DNA of 64,000 bases from Arsenophonus sp. GTDB taxonomy: Bacteria > Pseudomonadota > Gammaproteobacteria > Enterobacterales > Enterobacteriaceae. The notes under the pieces are model-generated. The model was not told the origin of the DNA and ran no database searches. It was given only the letters and a program-made list of their open reading frames with translations. The stretch's first letter is position 1. Every line of letters begins with the position of its first letter. Below are positions 35,696 to 46,060 of the stretch, piece after piece. A program made the position numbers and the translations under genes. The stretch covers positions 417,214 to 481,213 of the forward strand of contig CP132903.1 in the NCBI GenBank assembly GCA_031446145.1, read 5' to 3'.

Positions 35696-35706
35696 TGGAG
35701 ATAAAA

Positions 35707-36330
35707 ATGTCATATAATAATAAAGATCAATTTATTCAAAACATGGCATCATTAGTGCCAATGGTTATTGAACAAACTTCACGTGGTGAACGTTCTTATG
35801 ATATTTATTCGAGATTATTAAGAGAAAGAATTGTTTTTTTAACAGGAATGCTTGAAGAATATATGGCAAATCTGGTAGTTGCTCAAATGCTTTTTCTAGA
35901 AGCAGAAAATCCAGAAAAAGATATATATCTTTATATTAATTCACCTGGTGGAGTCATTACTGCAGGTATGTCAATTTATGATACTATGCAATTTATTAAA
36001 CCGGATGTTAGTACACTTTGTATGGGGCAAGCGTGTTCGATGGGAGCATTTTTATTAGCTGCTGGTAGTAGAGGAAAACGTTTTTGTTTACCTAATGCAC
36101 GCATTATGATACATCAACCGTTAGGAGGATTTAAAGGGCAAGCTTCTGATATTGCAATTCATGCTGCAGAAATTTTGACTATTAAATCAAGAATTAATAA
36201 ATTAATGGCTAAACATACAGGTAAAAAAATTAAAGATATTGAAAATGATACTGAGAGAGATCGATTTTTATCTGCAGAAGAAGCAGTAATTTATGGTTTA
36301 ATAGATAAAATTTATATTAATCGTATGTAA
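35707..36330 (+). CDS. clpP: ATP-dependent Clp protease proteolytic subunit
   Basis: 207 aa from the Met after GGAGATAAAA, the same length as E. coli ClpP; catalytic Ser (GQACSMGAF) and His (MIHQPLGG) contexts present. Confidence 0.96.
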   Translation: MSYNNKDQFIQNMASLVPMVIEQTSRGERSYDIYSRLLRERIVFLTGMLEEYMANLVVAQMLFLEAENPEKDIYLYINSPGGVITAGMSIYDTMQFIKPDVSTLCMGQACSMGAFLLAAGSRGKRFCLPNARIMIHQPLGGFKGQASDIAIHAAEILTIKSRINKLMAKHTGKKIKDIENDTERDRFLSAEEAVIYGLIDKIYINRM

Positions 36331-36450
36331 TTGATGCAGATCAATGTATGGTATATATCTTATACAATTATAAAAAATTATACTGATAATTATTTATGAT
36401 ACAGTTCTTTAAGTCTAAAATTATAATTTTTAAAAGTGAGGTTATTTTTA

Positions 36451-37752
36451 ATGACTGATAAACAAAAAGAAAGTTCAGAAAAGTTACTTTACTGTTCTTT
36501 TTGTAGTAAAAGTCAGCATGAAGTTCGTAAATTAATTGCTGGTCCGTCAGTTTATATTTGTAATGAATGTGTTGAGTTATGTAATGATATTCTTATAGAA
36601 GAAATTAAGGAAATTTCACTAAATCATACAGGTAATGAATTACCTACGCCACATGAAATTTATAATCACCTTGATAATTATGTTATTGGTCAATCAAATG
36701 CTAAAAAAGTGTTAGCTGTAGCAGTTTATAATCATTATAAACGGTTAGGACATGTATTTAATAAAAAAGTTAATTCTGAGGTGGAATTAAGTAAAAGTAA
36801 TATTTTGCTGATTGGGCCGACAGGTAGCGGTAAAACTTTATTAGCGGAAACTTTAGCGCGCTGTTTAAATGTACCATTTGCTATTGTTGATGCGACAACA
36901 TTAACAGAAGCTGGATATGTTGGGGAGGACGTTGAAAATATTATTCAAAAACTTTTACAAAAATGTGATTTAGATATAGAAAAAGCACAACATGGTATAA
37001 TATATATTGACGAAATTGATAAAATATCTCGTAAATCTGATAACCCATCGATCACACGAGATGTTTCAGGAGAAGGAGTGCAACAAGCGTTGCTTAAACT
37101 TATTGAAGGCACAATTGCTTCGGTTCCTCCTCAAGGAGGAAGGAAACACCCCCAGCAAGAATATTTGCAAGTTGATACATCTAAAATTCTTTTTATTTGT
37201 GGAGGAGCTTTTTCAGGTCTTGATAAAATTATTGCTCATCGTTTGAATATGCATTCAGGTATTGGTTTTTCTGCTGAATTAAAAAGTAAATTAAATGATG
37301 ATTCAATCGAAAGTAAGTTATTTACTCAAGTAGAGCCAGAAGATTTGATTAAGTTTGGTTTAATTCCCGAGTTCATTGGTCGTTTACCTGTTATAACTAC
37401 TTTTCATGAATTAAATGAAGAAATGTTAATTAAAATATTAACAAAACCAAAAAATGCATTGATTAAGCAATATCAAACACTTTTTGAAATGGAAGGTGTA
37501 AATCTTGAATTTGATAAAAAAGCATTAAAAGAAATTGCTAAAAAAGCAATGACTAAAAAAACAGGAGCACGTGGTTTACGGTCTATTGTAGAAATAATTT
37601 TATTAGAAATAATGTATGATTTACCATCTATGAAAAATGTAGAAAAAATATTAATTGACGAAATGGTAATAATGGGAGAATCAAAACCTTCGATAATTTA
37701 TCCTAAAAAGGATATGCAAGTATTAGATAAAAATAAAACGAAATATTTTTAG
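36451..37752 (+). CDS. clpX: ATP-dependent Clp protease ATP-binding subunit ClpX
   Basis: N-terminal zinc-binding CSFC...CNEC, Walker A GPTGSGKT, and IGFS loop. Confidence 0.96.
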   Translation: MTDKQKESSEKLLYCSFCSKSQHEVRKLIAGPSVYICNECVELCNDILIEEIKEISLNHTGNELPTPHEIYNHLDNYVIGQSNAKKVLAVAVYNHYKRLGHVFNKKVNSEVELSKSNILLIGPTGSGKTLLAETLARCLNVPFAIVDATTLTEAGYVGEDVENIIQKLLQKCDLDIEKAQHGIIYIDEIDKISRKSDNPSITRDVSGEGVQQALLKLIEGTIASVPPQGGRKHPQQEYLQVDTSKILFICGGAFSGLDKIIAHRLNMHSGIGFSAELKSKLNDDSIESKLFTQVEPEDLIKFGLIPEFIGRLPVITTFHELNEEMLIKILTKPKNALIKQYQTLFEMEGVNLEFDKKALKEIAKKAMTKKTGARGLRSIVEIILLEIMYDLPSMKNVEKILIDEMVIMGESKPSIIYPKKDMQVLDKNKTKYF

Positions 37753-37935
37753 TGAGAATCATATAACAGAAAATACCTTGATATTTAAAGATTTTTATCT
37801 TGATGATAGATTTAATAAATACATTTATTACATGTTACAATTGTATCTCATAATAATTATATAATTTAAATTAGGTTTCTTAAAATTCTTATGAAACTTT
37901 GAAATTGGTATAAGCTAAACGGAAGAGGAAGGCTT

Positions 37936-40275
37936 ATGAATCTTGAGCGTTGTGAACGCATTGAAATTCCTGTATTACCTCTGCGTGATGTCGTGGTTTA
38001 TCCACATATGGTGATTCCCTTATTTGTTGGTCGAAAAAAATCAATTCATTGTCTTGAAGCTGCTATGGAACATAATAAAGAAGTAATGTTAGTAGCTCAA
38101 AAAAAAGCGTCTACTGACGAACCAAATGTTAACGATTTGTTTTATGTAGGAACAGTTGCTTCTATTTTACAAATGTTAAAATTACCTGATGGTACTGTAA
38201 AAGTTTTGGTTGAAGGTTTACGTCGTGCAAAAATTACAACACTAACAGATAATGGAGAATATTTTATTGCTGAAGCAGAGTATTTTACTCATCCTATTTT
38301 AGATGAAAAAGAACAAGAAGTTTTAAATCGTACAACAATTAATCAGTTTGAAGGTTATGTTAAATTAAATAAAAAAATTCCTCCTGAAGTATTAACTTCA
38401 TTACATGCAATCGAACAATCAGATAAATTAGCTGATACTATAGCTTCCCATATGCCATTAAAATTAACAAATAAACAACGTGTATTAGAAATGATTGATG
38501 TTGTGGAACGTCTTGAATATTTAATGGCAATGATGGAGTCTGAAATTGATATTTTACAGGTTGAAAAACGTATTCGTAATCGTGTAAAAAAACAAATGGA
38601 AAAAAGTCAACGAGAATATTACTTAAATGAGCAAATGAAAGCTATTCAAAAAGAATTAGGTGAAATGGAAGATTCACAAGACGAATATGAAATGTTTAAG
38701 AAAAAAATTAAAGATGTTAAAATGCCAAAAGAAGCACGTAAAAAAGCAGAGGGAGAATTACAAAAATTAAAAATGATGTCACCTATGTCTGCTGAAGCAA
38801 CAGTATTACGCAGTTATATTGATTGGATGGTACAAGTTCCATGGCATACATGTAGTAAAGTTAAAAAAGATTTAATAAAAGCTCAAGAAACTTTAGACAG
38901 CGATCATTATGGTTTAGAGCGTGTCAAAGAACGTATTCTAGAATATTTAGCGGTACAAAGTCGCATTACTAAAATCAAAGGTACCATTTTATGTTTAGTA
39001 GGACCTCCTGGTGTTGGTAAAACATCGTTAGGACAATCTATTTCTAAAGCTACAGGACGAAAATATATTCGCATGGCATTGGGTGGTGTTCGTGATGAAG
39101 CAGAAATTCGAGGACATCGACGCACTTATATTGGGTCTATGCCCGGTAAACTCATCCAAAAAATGGCAAAAATTGGTGTTAAAAATCCTTTGTTTTTGTT
39201 AGATGAGATCGATAAAATGTCTTCAGACATGAGAGGTGATCCTGCATCAGCTTTATTAGAAGTTCTTGATCCAGAACAAAATATTGCTTTTAATGATCAT
39301 TATTTAGAAGTGGATTATGATCTTTCTGATGTGATGTTTGTTGCTACTTCAAATTCTATGAATATCCCAGCACCTTTATTAGATCGTATGGAAGTTATTC
39401 GTCTTTCTGGTTATACTGAAGATGAAAAATTAAAAATTGCAAGAAAATATTTATTACCAAAACAAATTAAACGTAATGCTTTAAAACAAAATGAATTAAC
39501 AATTGATGATAGTGCAATAATGGGTATCATTCGTTATTATACTCGTGAGTCCGGTGTACGCGGTTTAGAACGTGAAATTTCTAAATTATGTCGTAAAGCA
39601 GTAAAGGCATTATTAATGGACCATTCATTGAAAAATATAGTTATTCAGAATGATAATTTAAAGAATTATCTTGGTGTACGTAAAGTAGATTATGGTCGTG
39701 CAGACACTGAAAATCGTATTGGTCAAGTAACCGGTTTAGCTTGGACAGAAGTTGGTGGTGATTTATTAACTATTGAAACTGTTTGTGTACTTGGTAAAGG
39801 AAAATTGACTTATACTGGTTCTTTAGGAGAAGTTATGCAAGAGTCTATTCAAACAGCATTAACTGTAGTTCGAGCTCGAGCAGATAAATTAGGTATAGAC
39901 ATCGATTTTTATGAAAAGCGAGATATACATGTACATGTACCTGAAGGTGCTACTCCCAAAGATGGACCCAGTGCTGGTATTGCAATGTGTACAGCATTGG
40001 TATCTTGTTTAACTAATAATCCTGTAAGGGCAGATGTCGCAATGACAGGTGAAATAACATTAAGAGGATTAATATTGCCTATTGGTGGTTTAAAAGAAAA
40101 GTTATTGGCAGCCCATCGTGGTGGTATAAAAATTGTGCTGATCCCAGATGAAAATCGTCGTGATTTAGAAGAAATACCACAAAATATTATTGAAGATTTA
40201 AAAATTTATCCAGTAAAAACCATCGAAGAGATTTTTTCAATTGCCTTTCAAAACCCGCCTTTTAATATGGTGTAA
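37936..40275 (+). CDS. lon: Lon protease
   Basis: 779 aa; Walker A GPPGVGKTS; catalytic PKDGPSAG; clpP-clpX-lon order. Confidence 0.97.
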   Translation: MNLERCERIEIPVLPLRDVVVYPHMVIPLFVGRKKSIHCLEAAMEHNKEVMLVAQKKASTDEPNVNDLFYVGTVASILQMLKLPDGTVKVLVEGLRRAKITTLTDNGEYFIAEAEYFTHPILDEKEQEVLNRTTINQFEGYVKLNKKIPPEVLTSLHAIEQSDKLADTIASHMPLKLTNKQRVLEMIDVVERLEYLMAMMESEIDILQVEKRIRNRVKKQMEKSQREYYLNEQMKAIQKELGEMEDSQDEYEMFKKKIKDVKMPKEARKKAEGELQKLKMMSPMSAEATVLRSYIDWMVQVPWHTCSKVKKDLIKAQETLDSDHYGLERVKERILEYLAVQSRITKIKGTILCLVGPPGVGKTSLGQSISKATGRKYIRMALGGVRDEAEIRGHRRTYIGSMPGKLIQKMAKIGVKNPLFLLDEIDKMSSDMRGDPASALLEVLDPEQNIAFNDHYLEVDYDLSDVMFVATSNSMNIPAPLLDRMEVIRLSGYTEDEKLKIARKYLLPKQIKRNALKQNELTIDDSAIMGIIRYYTRESGVRGLEREISKLCRKAVKALLMDHSLKNIVIQNDNLKNYLGVRKVDYGRADTENRIGQVTGLAWTEVGGDLLTIETVCVLGKGKLTYTGSLGEVMQESIQTALTVVRARADKLGIDIDFYEKRDIHVHVPEGATPKDGPSAGIAMCTALVSCLTNNPVRADVAMTGEITLRGLILPIGGLKEKLLAAHRGGIKIVLIPDENRRDLEEIPQNIIEDLKIYPVKTIEEIFSIAFQNPPFNMV

Positions 40276-40403
40276 GAGAAGTTAAAATATTTTTATAATG
40301 CATTCATTTTTTAATCTGCAATATTTTTAACAATAAAAATTAATAATTTGTATATTGTATCCTATTTTGTATATTTGAGTGATAATTATTATAATCATAT
40401 AAT

Positions 40404-40500
40404 TTTTTAGATGACATATAATTAAAAGTATTTAGATGGGAGTGAAGTAGCTGAATTTTTGTATATTGAGTTGAGTTTAATACTTTATTAATACATTCCA
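40404..40500 (+). pseudogene. hupB: Possible relic of hupB (HU-beta), two short blocks in adjacent frames
   Basis: FLDDI*LKV (versus ALDAIIASV) is followed one nucleotide later by LDGSEVAEF (versus LKEGDDVALVGF), at the lon-ppiD syntenic position. Very short and made by eye. Confidence 0.25.
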
Positions 40501-40659
40501 ATACTTTATTAGAAGTACATATGTAGTAATTAAAAATTATTAGTAATACCTTTTAGGTATATACTAAATTCTTTGATTAAGTAAATAATATTTTTCTTTA
40601 ATTCATTATTTTTCTTAAAATTTCATAATTATTTGATCAATATGGAGATTAATATATTA

Positions 40660-42537
40660 ATGTTGGATAAATTACGTGTGATGGCAAATAGTTTTTTTTT
40701 AAAAATAATATTTGTAATTATTATTGTGTCTTTTCTTTTTGCTGGTATGGGTAATTATTTAATACATAATGTAAATAATTATGTTGCAAAAGTTAATGGT
40801 TCAATAATTACTTCATTGCAATTGCAAAGAGCATTGCAACAAAAACAGATGGCATTGCAAGAAAAATTAGGTGATCGTTTTTATGAAATAATTGATAATG
40901 AAAAAGAAATGACAATATTACGTAATCAAGCATTAGAGCATTTGATTAACATTACATTATTAAATCAATATTCTAATGATTTAGGATTAACCATTAGTGA
41001 TCATAAAATTCAGGACAATATTTATAATATGGGCATATTTCATACAAATAATAAGTTTGATCAAAAAAAATATAAAGCTCTTTTATTAGAAAATAATATT
41101 AATTCTGATGATCTTGCTAAAGAAATACGGCAAAATATGCTAAACCAGCAAGTTTATAAAATTTATGTCAATGATGAGTTTGTTTTACCACAAGAAGTTG
41201 ACGTTTATGTTAAATTACTTTTAGAGAAAAGAGAAATAAAAAAAGCCATATTATCGATCGATAAATATGAATTAAATCAATCTGTTACAGATGAAGAATT
41301 ACAGGATTATTACAATAAAAATCAAAAGAAATTTTTAATTCCTGAAGAGGTAAAAATTAGTTACATTAAATTAGATATAGCTTTACAGAATATTAATTTA
41401 GATATCGCAGATAATGAAATACAAAGATATTATGAACAAAATATTGCTGATTTTACAGAACCAGAAAAAAAACATTATAGTATAATTCAATTAATAACAA
41501 AAAAAGAAGCGGATGCAGTTAGTAAGGCTTTATCTGAAGGTGTTGATTTTAATGAGTTAGTTGATAAAAAATCTATAGATAAGTCTAGTATAAAAAATCA
41601 CGGTTCTATTGGTTGGATACCAGTCAATTCAACACCTATTGAAATTGTGAATGCTAATTTAACTAACAAAGGACAAATTTCAGATATAATTAAATTAGGA
41701 AAATATTACTTGATAATTCGTCTTGATGATATTAAACCTAAAATACTAAAATCTTTTAATTTAGTAAAAAATCAAATTAAAGAAATCTTAAAGAACAAGA
41801 AAAGAATTGATTCATTTTATTTATTACAAGAGATTGCAAAAAATGCGGCAATAAATGATAATGAATCTTTAAATGAAGTTGAAAAAGTTACTGGTATTAA
41901 GGCCATAAAAACAGATTGGTTTAATCGTGATAATCTTCCTTCTGAGATAAAATTTAAAAAAATTGCTGATGCAATTTTTAATGGAAATTTATTAAATAAA
42001 AACAAAATAATAGGCATTAATTCTGGGATCATTAATATTGATGATAATAATGTTTTTATTATTAGAATTGAAGATTATAAACCAGAAGAAGTAAAAAAAA
42101 TTAACTTAGTTAAGCAAACGATAATTAAATTAGTAAAACGCATGAAAGCTATAAAAGTAATGGAGGAAGAAGTTAAAAAAATACTTATTGTCTTGAATGA
42201 TAGTAACAGTAGTGAAGTTGTTTTAAATCAATTAGGTATTAATTTTGGGAAATCAAATATTTTTGCTCGTTTTGATCAGGATGATCCTTTGACCGAGAAA
42301 ATTTTTAATATAGAATTAGATAATCAAAAAAATAAACCAAAATTTTTTTTCGTGAAAGATGAGAAAGATAATTTTGTAATCATCAAATTGATTAGATGTA
42401 TTTATAGTAAACCAAAACATAGTGAATTTGAAATTTTTTCAGAACATTACAAATATATAATTGGCAATACGATGATGGAATCACTAATCTTAAATTTACG
42501 TAAGTCAGCTAAAATAAATTTAGGAAAATTTTCATAA
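40660..42537 (+). CDS. ppiD: Periplasmic chaperone / peptidyl-prolyl isomerase PpiD
   Basis: MLDKLRVMANSFFLKIIFVIIIVSF matches E. coli MMDSLRTAANSLVLKIIFGIIIVSF; about 625 aa; syntenic position after lon. Confidence 0.88.
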   Translation: MLDKLRVMANSFFLKIIFVIIIVSFLFAGMGNYLIHNVNNYVAKVNGSIITSLQLQRALQQKQMALQEKLGDRFYEIIDNEKEMTILRNQALEHLINITLLNQYSNDLGLTISDHKIQDNIYNMGIFHTNNKFDQKKYKALLLENNINSDDLAKEIRQNMLNQQVYKIYVNDEFVLPQEVDVYVKLLLEKREIKKAILSIDKYELNQSVTDEELQDYYNKNQKKFLIPEEVKISYIKLDIALQNINLDIADNEIQRYYEQNIADFTEPEKKHYSIIQLITKKEADAVSKALSEGVDFNELVDKKSIDKSSIKNHGSIGWIPVNSTPIEIVNANLTNKGQISDIIKLGKYYLIIRLDDIKPKILKSFNLVKNQIKEILKNKKRIDSFYLLQEIAKNAAINDNESLNEVEKVTGIKAIKTDWFNRDNLPSEIKFKKIADAIFNGNLLNKNKIIGINSGIINIDDNNVFIIRIEDYKPEEVKKINLVKQTIIKLVKRMKAIKVMEEEVKKILIVLNDSNSSEVVLNQLGINFGKSNIFARFDQDDPLTEKIFNIELDNQKNKPKFFFVKDEKDNFVIIKLIRCIYSKPKHSEFEIFSEHYKYIIGNTMMESLILNLRKSAKINLGKFS

Positions 42538-43215
42538 TGTGTCATCATGTATTTATATTAAATAGTTTAAATAATATACATTCAGTAAATAACGAGAGTT
42601 TTAATAAAAATATTTTAAAAAAAGTAATATTAATATTCATGAATAATATTTATTGCTTAATAAATCATATAGAATAATTTTTATAATAAATCAAATAGAT
42701 TTTTAAAAATGTTGGTAATGTAATGATTCCTTATTTTTTAATTTTGTAAAAATTTATTAAATATATCAAAGAGCTATTTAAATTATTTTGTATATTTTTT
42801 AAATAAAAATATTGAAATTGTTTATAAAATTAAAAAATAAATGTAAAATGTTATATTCATAAATAGCTTTATTCAAAATAATTATATGAGTTTATTAATA
42901 TTTTTAAATAAATTTAATTAGTTTTAAAATAATTTGTTATTTTTTTATAGATTTGTTTTCAATGATTAAGTAATTTATTTTTTTTACTTTAATTCTACTT
43001 TTGAAAAAAGTAATCATTTTAGAGTTCTATTGCATTAATTAAATTATTTCTTTGCTTTTTAAATAAAATTTTGTATACTCTTGATAAGTAATTATCAATT
43101 AATTTATAATTTAATTAATATTTTTTTCAAAAAATCTTAATTACTTAAAAAACTAATAAGCAGTATGTAGTTTGATATGAAGAAAAATATTTTAAAAATA
43201 TGCGTACGAGATATT

Positions 43216-43419
43216 TTATCTTACATATTTCCAAACTGATGAAGGAATTTTGTCATACAATTTGTTCATTGTAAGTTCTGCTAATCTATGATCTGCAGCA
43301 GAATAAAATAATTCTAATTCATCTTCTGATAATTCGTATTTGTTTTTTTCAATTACTCGTTCTAAGGTTTCTATAGTTGTACATTTTCTTAAACGTAATA
43401 GATAGTCCATTTTAGTCAT
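43216..43419 (-). CDS. hha: Hha/YmoA-family haemolysin expression modulator (H-NS co-regulator)
   Basis: 67 aa. [53 protein letters not shown] is almost identical to E. coli Hha. Confidence 0.93.
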   Translation of the reverse strand: MTKMDYLLRLRKCTTIETLERVIEKNKYELSEDELELFYSAADHRLAELTMNKLYDKIPSSVWKYVR

Positions 43420-43507
43420 AATGTTCTTTCTTTAAAGTCATGTATATAAAAGTATATAAGAGAAATATAAAATATGAGTGCTATTAATTTTGTTATTTTA
43501 AGTTTTA

Positions 43508-43632
43508 CTTTTAAGAAAATATTTGATAATTATGAATATTTTCCGAATTTTTTGTAGAAATAACGTTAGATAGTAGCCTATATCTTTATTTAAATATTTG
43601 TCAATAAAAATAAATATTTTTTTGTTTAATTA
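43508..43632 (-). pseudogene. tomB: Possible relic of tomB (ybaJ), the gene upstream of hha
   Basis: A minus-strand frame with no start codon reads ..IFIFIDKYLNKDIGYYLTLFLQKIRKIFIII..*. It can be laid on the E. coli TomB C-terminal part ..IEQIDEYLDDTFMLF...DLQKWRKSGNRLF.. and ends about 88 nt before the hha ATG. Confidence 0.3.
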
Positions 43633-44057
43633 TTATAAATTACAAGTTATAAGTAAGATATTTTTTAATTTATGATAAAAATATTAAATTAATATTTAAA
43701 TAAAATTTATATTATTAATACTCAAAAAAAATAAAATATATAATTTTTTGTAATTTTTTATATAAACAATACTAGAATAATTATTAGTTTTTTATATATA
43801 TTTAAAATATGTGAATATTTTAAATAAATATTTTTATATAATTTTTTTGAGTTATGTCTCTGGAATAATATTTATATCTCATTTTGCTGGTATTGTTTTT
43901 ATTTTTAATTTTTATATGTGCAAAATTTAATTTTGATATAATTAAATATAAAAGATTTTACATAGATTTTTTATTATAAAATTTTTTAGCTACTATTACT
44001 AGTAATTTTTCTGACCATTCTTAATTTAAAATTTTTAATACTTAATTTTAAGAGATG

Positions 44058-44093
44058 AGGGATTAGAAAAAAATGTTTTATAATCCCTTTTTA
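44058..44093 (+). terminator. Orphan rho-independent-terminator-like hairpin (AGGGATTA / TAATCCCT, 15-nt loop, then TTTTT)
   Basis: Perfect 8-bp stem with a G/C core, unusual in this spacer, followed by a T run. The nearest upstream plus-strand gene ends 1.5 kb away. Confidence 0.35.
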
Positions 44094-44965
44094 TGCTAAA
44101 AAATTAATATACAGTATTTTTTAATATGTATAAAAATGATTCTATAGCTAAAAAATAATATGAATTATTTTAAAAAAATGTGTTGAATTTTTGTTATTAT
44201 ATATGACATATTACAGTTTTCATGCAAATTCAAATTATTCTTATATTATTACATAATATTTTTTGTTTTATAAAAAATATTTTTATTTCCTATTTTTTAT
44301 TAATATATTTGATTAATATATCCTAAGTTATTTATAGTTATTTCCAGAGATATAGTTAAATGTTTTTTAAAAAAATATTCTCATTTACAAACGTTATTTT
44401 TTAAATATATATATATTTTATTTTAAATGTGTCGTGTATCTAAGTAAGATTAATTAATGTCATATTTTTAATTATCTGAGTAAAAAAGCAATTTTTATAA
44501 AATTTTTTATGAAATTATACATGTAAATTTGATAAATCTTGTAGATAAACTAATAATATTTTTAATATAATAAATAATTAAATATTTTTATGTTAAAAAT
44601 ATTATCAATTTCATAAAAATATTATTAATAAACAACATTAAATAATCTAAAAATAGTAATTTTTTGTTAATTTACGTGTTTTGTAAATTAAAAATTAAAA
44701 ACAAATTTGCATGTAAAATATTTATTTTTTAAATGAAAATTCAATTTGAAAGAAGAATCTTTAAAAAGAAGATATATAATATACAAAAAGTAAAATTATA
44801 TAATTTAATGTAACATATAAATATTTTTTATTTTTAAATAAGGAGTAAAATATTGATATGTTTTATTTTCAAATGAATATCATTTATATTGTTTGTATAA
44901 TTTGTAAAAAAATTTTTTTATAACAATGTATACTACATTAAAGTAAAATTTCTATTTTAAAAACT

Positions 44966-46060
44966 ATGACTTACCAAGTACTTGCAAGAAAATGGCGTCC
45001 ACAAACATTTATTGATGTTATTGGGCAAAAACATGTTTTAACTGCTTTAGAAAATAGTTTACAAAAAAATCGTCTTCATCATGCTTATTTATTTTCTGGA
45101 ACACGTGGTGTGGGAAAGACAACTATTGCACGTCTTTTTGCTAAAGGATTAAATTGTGTATTAAAAATTACTAATAATCCCTGTGGTCATTGTGTTAATT
45201 GTCTTGAAATAGCTAAAGGCCGATTTATTGATTTTATTGAAATTGATGCTGCTTCACGTACAAAAGTTGAAGATACACGTGATTTATTAGATAATGTTCA
45301 ATATTTACCGACACGTGGTCGATTTAAAGTATACTTGATAGATGAAGTACATATGCTTTCACGTCATAGTTTTAATGCTTTGTTAAATATTTTAGAAGAA
45401 CCACCAAAGCATGTAAAATTTTTATTAGCAACAACAGATCCATATAAATTACCAGTAACAGTTTTATCACGGTGTTTACAATTTCATTTGACATCATTAG
45501 ATATTGATCAAATTACTAATCAACTTGAACGTATTTTAATTGCTGAAAAAATATCAAGTGATCATTGTGCCTGCAAATTAATTGCAAGAGCTGCCGAAGG
45601 AAGTTTACGTGATGCGTTAACGTTAACTGATCAAGCAATTGCAATAGGTAAAGGTGTAGTATCGAAAGAATTAGTTATGCAAATGTTAGGAACATTGGAT
45701 GATGAACAACCATTAAGTATCATTGAAGCAATTTTTTCTAAAAATGCTAAAAAAATGATGGATTTAGTAGAAGATCTTTCTGTACGCGGGACGGATTGGG
45801 ATTTGGTATTTGTTAGAATATTATCGTTATTACATCGTATTGCTATGATTCAGTTTATAACGTTAGATATAGAAAATATTCGTTCTTCAGTAGAAGAACG
45901 TTTATCTTGTTTAGCTAGTTCTGTTACACCAGGAGATTTACAGTTTTATTATCGTACCTTATTAAATGGACGTAAAGAGCTTCAATATGCTCCAGAAAAA
46001 CGTATTGGAGTAGAAATGACCTTATTGCGGTTATTCATTTTTCAAAATCAAAAGTATTAA
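44966..46060 (+). CDS. dnaX: DNA polymerase III clamp-loader subunit DnaX, gamma-length only (364 aa)
   Basis: Colinear with E. coli DnaX domains I-III (GTRGVGKTT, SRC motif LSRCLQF, ..GVEMTLLR). It ends about 8 residues after GVEMTLLR, with no tau domains IV/V. Confidence 0.93.
   Translation: MTYQVLARKWRPQTFIDVIGQKHVLTALENSLQKNRLHHAYLFSGTRGVGKTTIARLFAKGLNCVLKITNNPCGHCVNCLEIAKGRFIDFIEIDAASRTKVEDTRDLLDNVQYLPTRGRFKVYLIDEVHMLSRHSFNALLNILEEPPKHVKFLLATTDPYKLPVTVLSRCLQFHLTSLDIDQITNQLERILIAEKISSDHCACKLIARAAEGSLRDALTLTDQAIAIGKGVVSKELVMQMLGTLDDEQPLSIIEAIFSKNAKKMMDLVEDLSVRGTDWDLVFVRILSLLHRIAMIQFITLDIENIRSSVEERLSCLASSVTPGDLQFYYRTLLNGRKELQYAPEKRIGVEMTLLRLFIFQNQKY

Noticed and set aside
37771-37810. CCTTGATA...TTTTATCT upstream of lon as an eroded sigma-32 promoter
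   Set aside because: The -10 candidate has no conserved C or CAT core, and CTTGAT occurs twice nearby. It cannot be distinguished from background AT-rich sequence.
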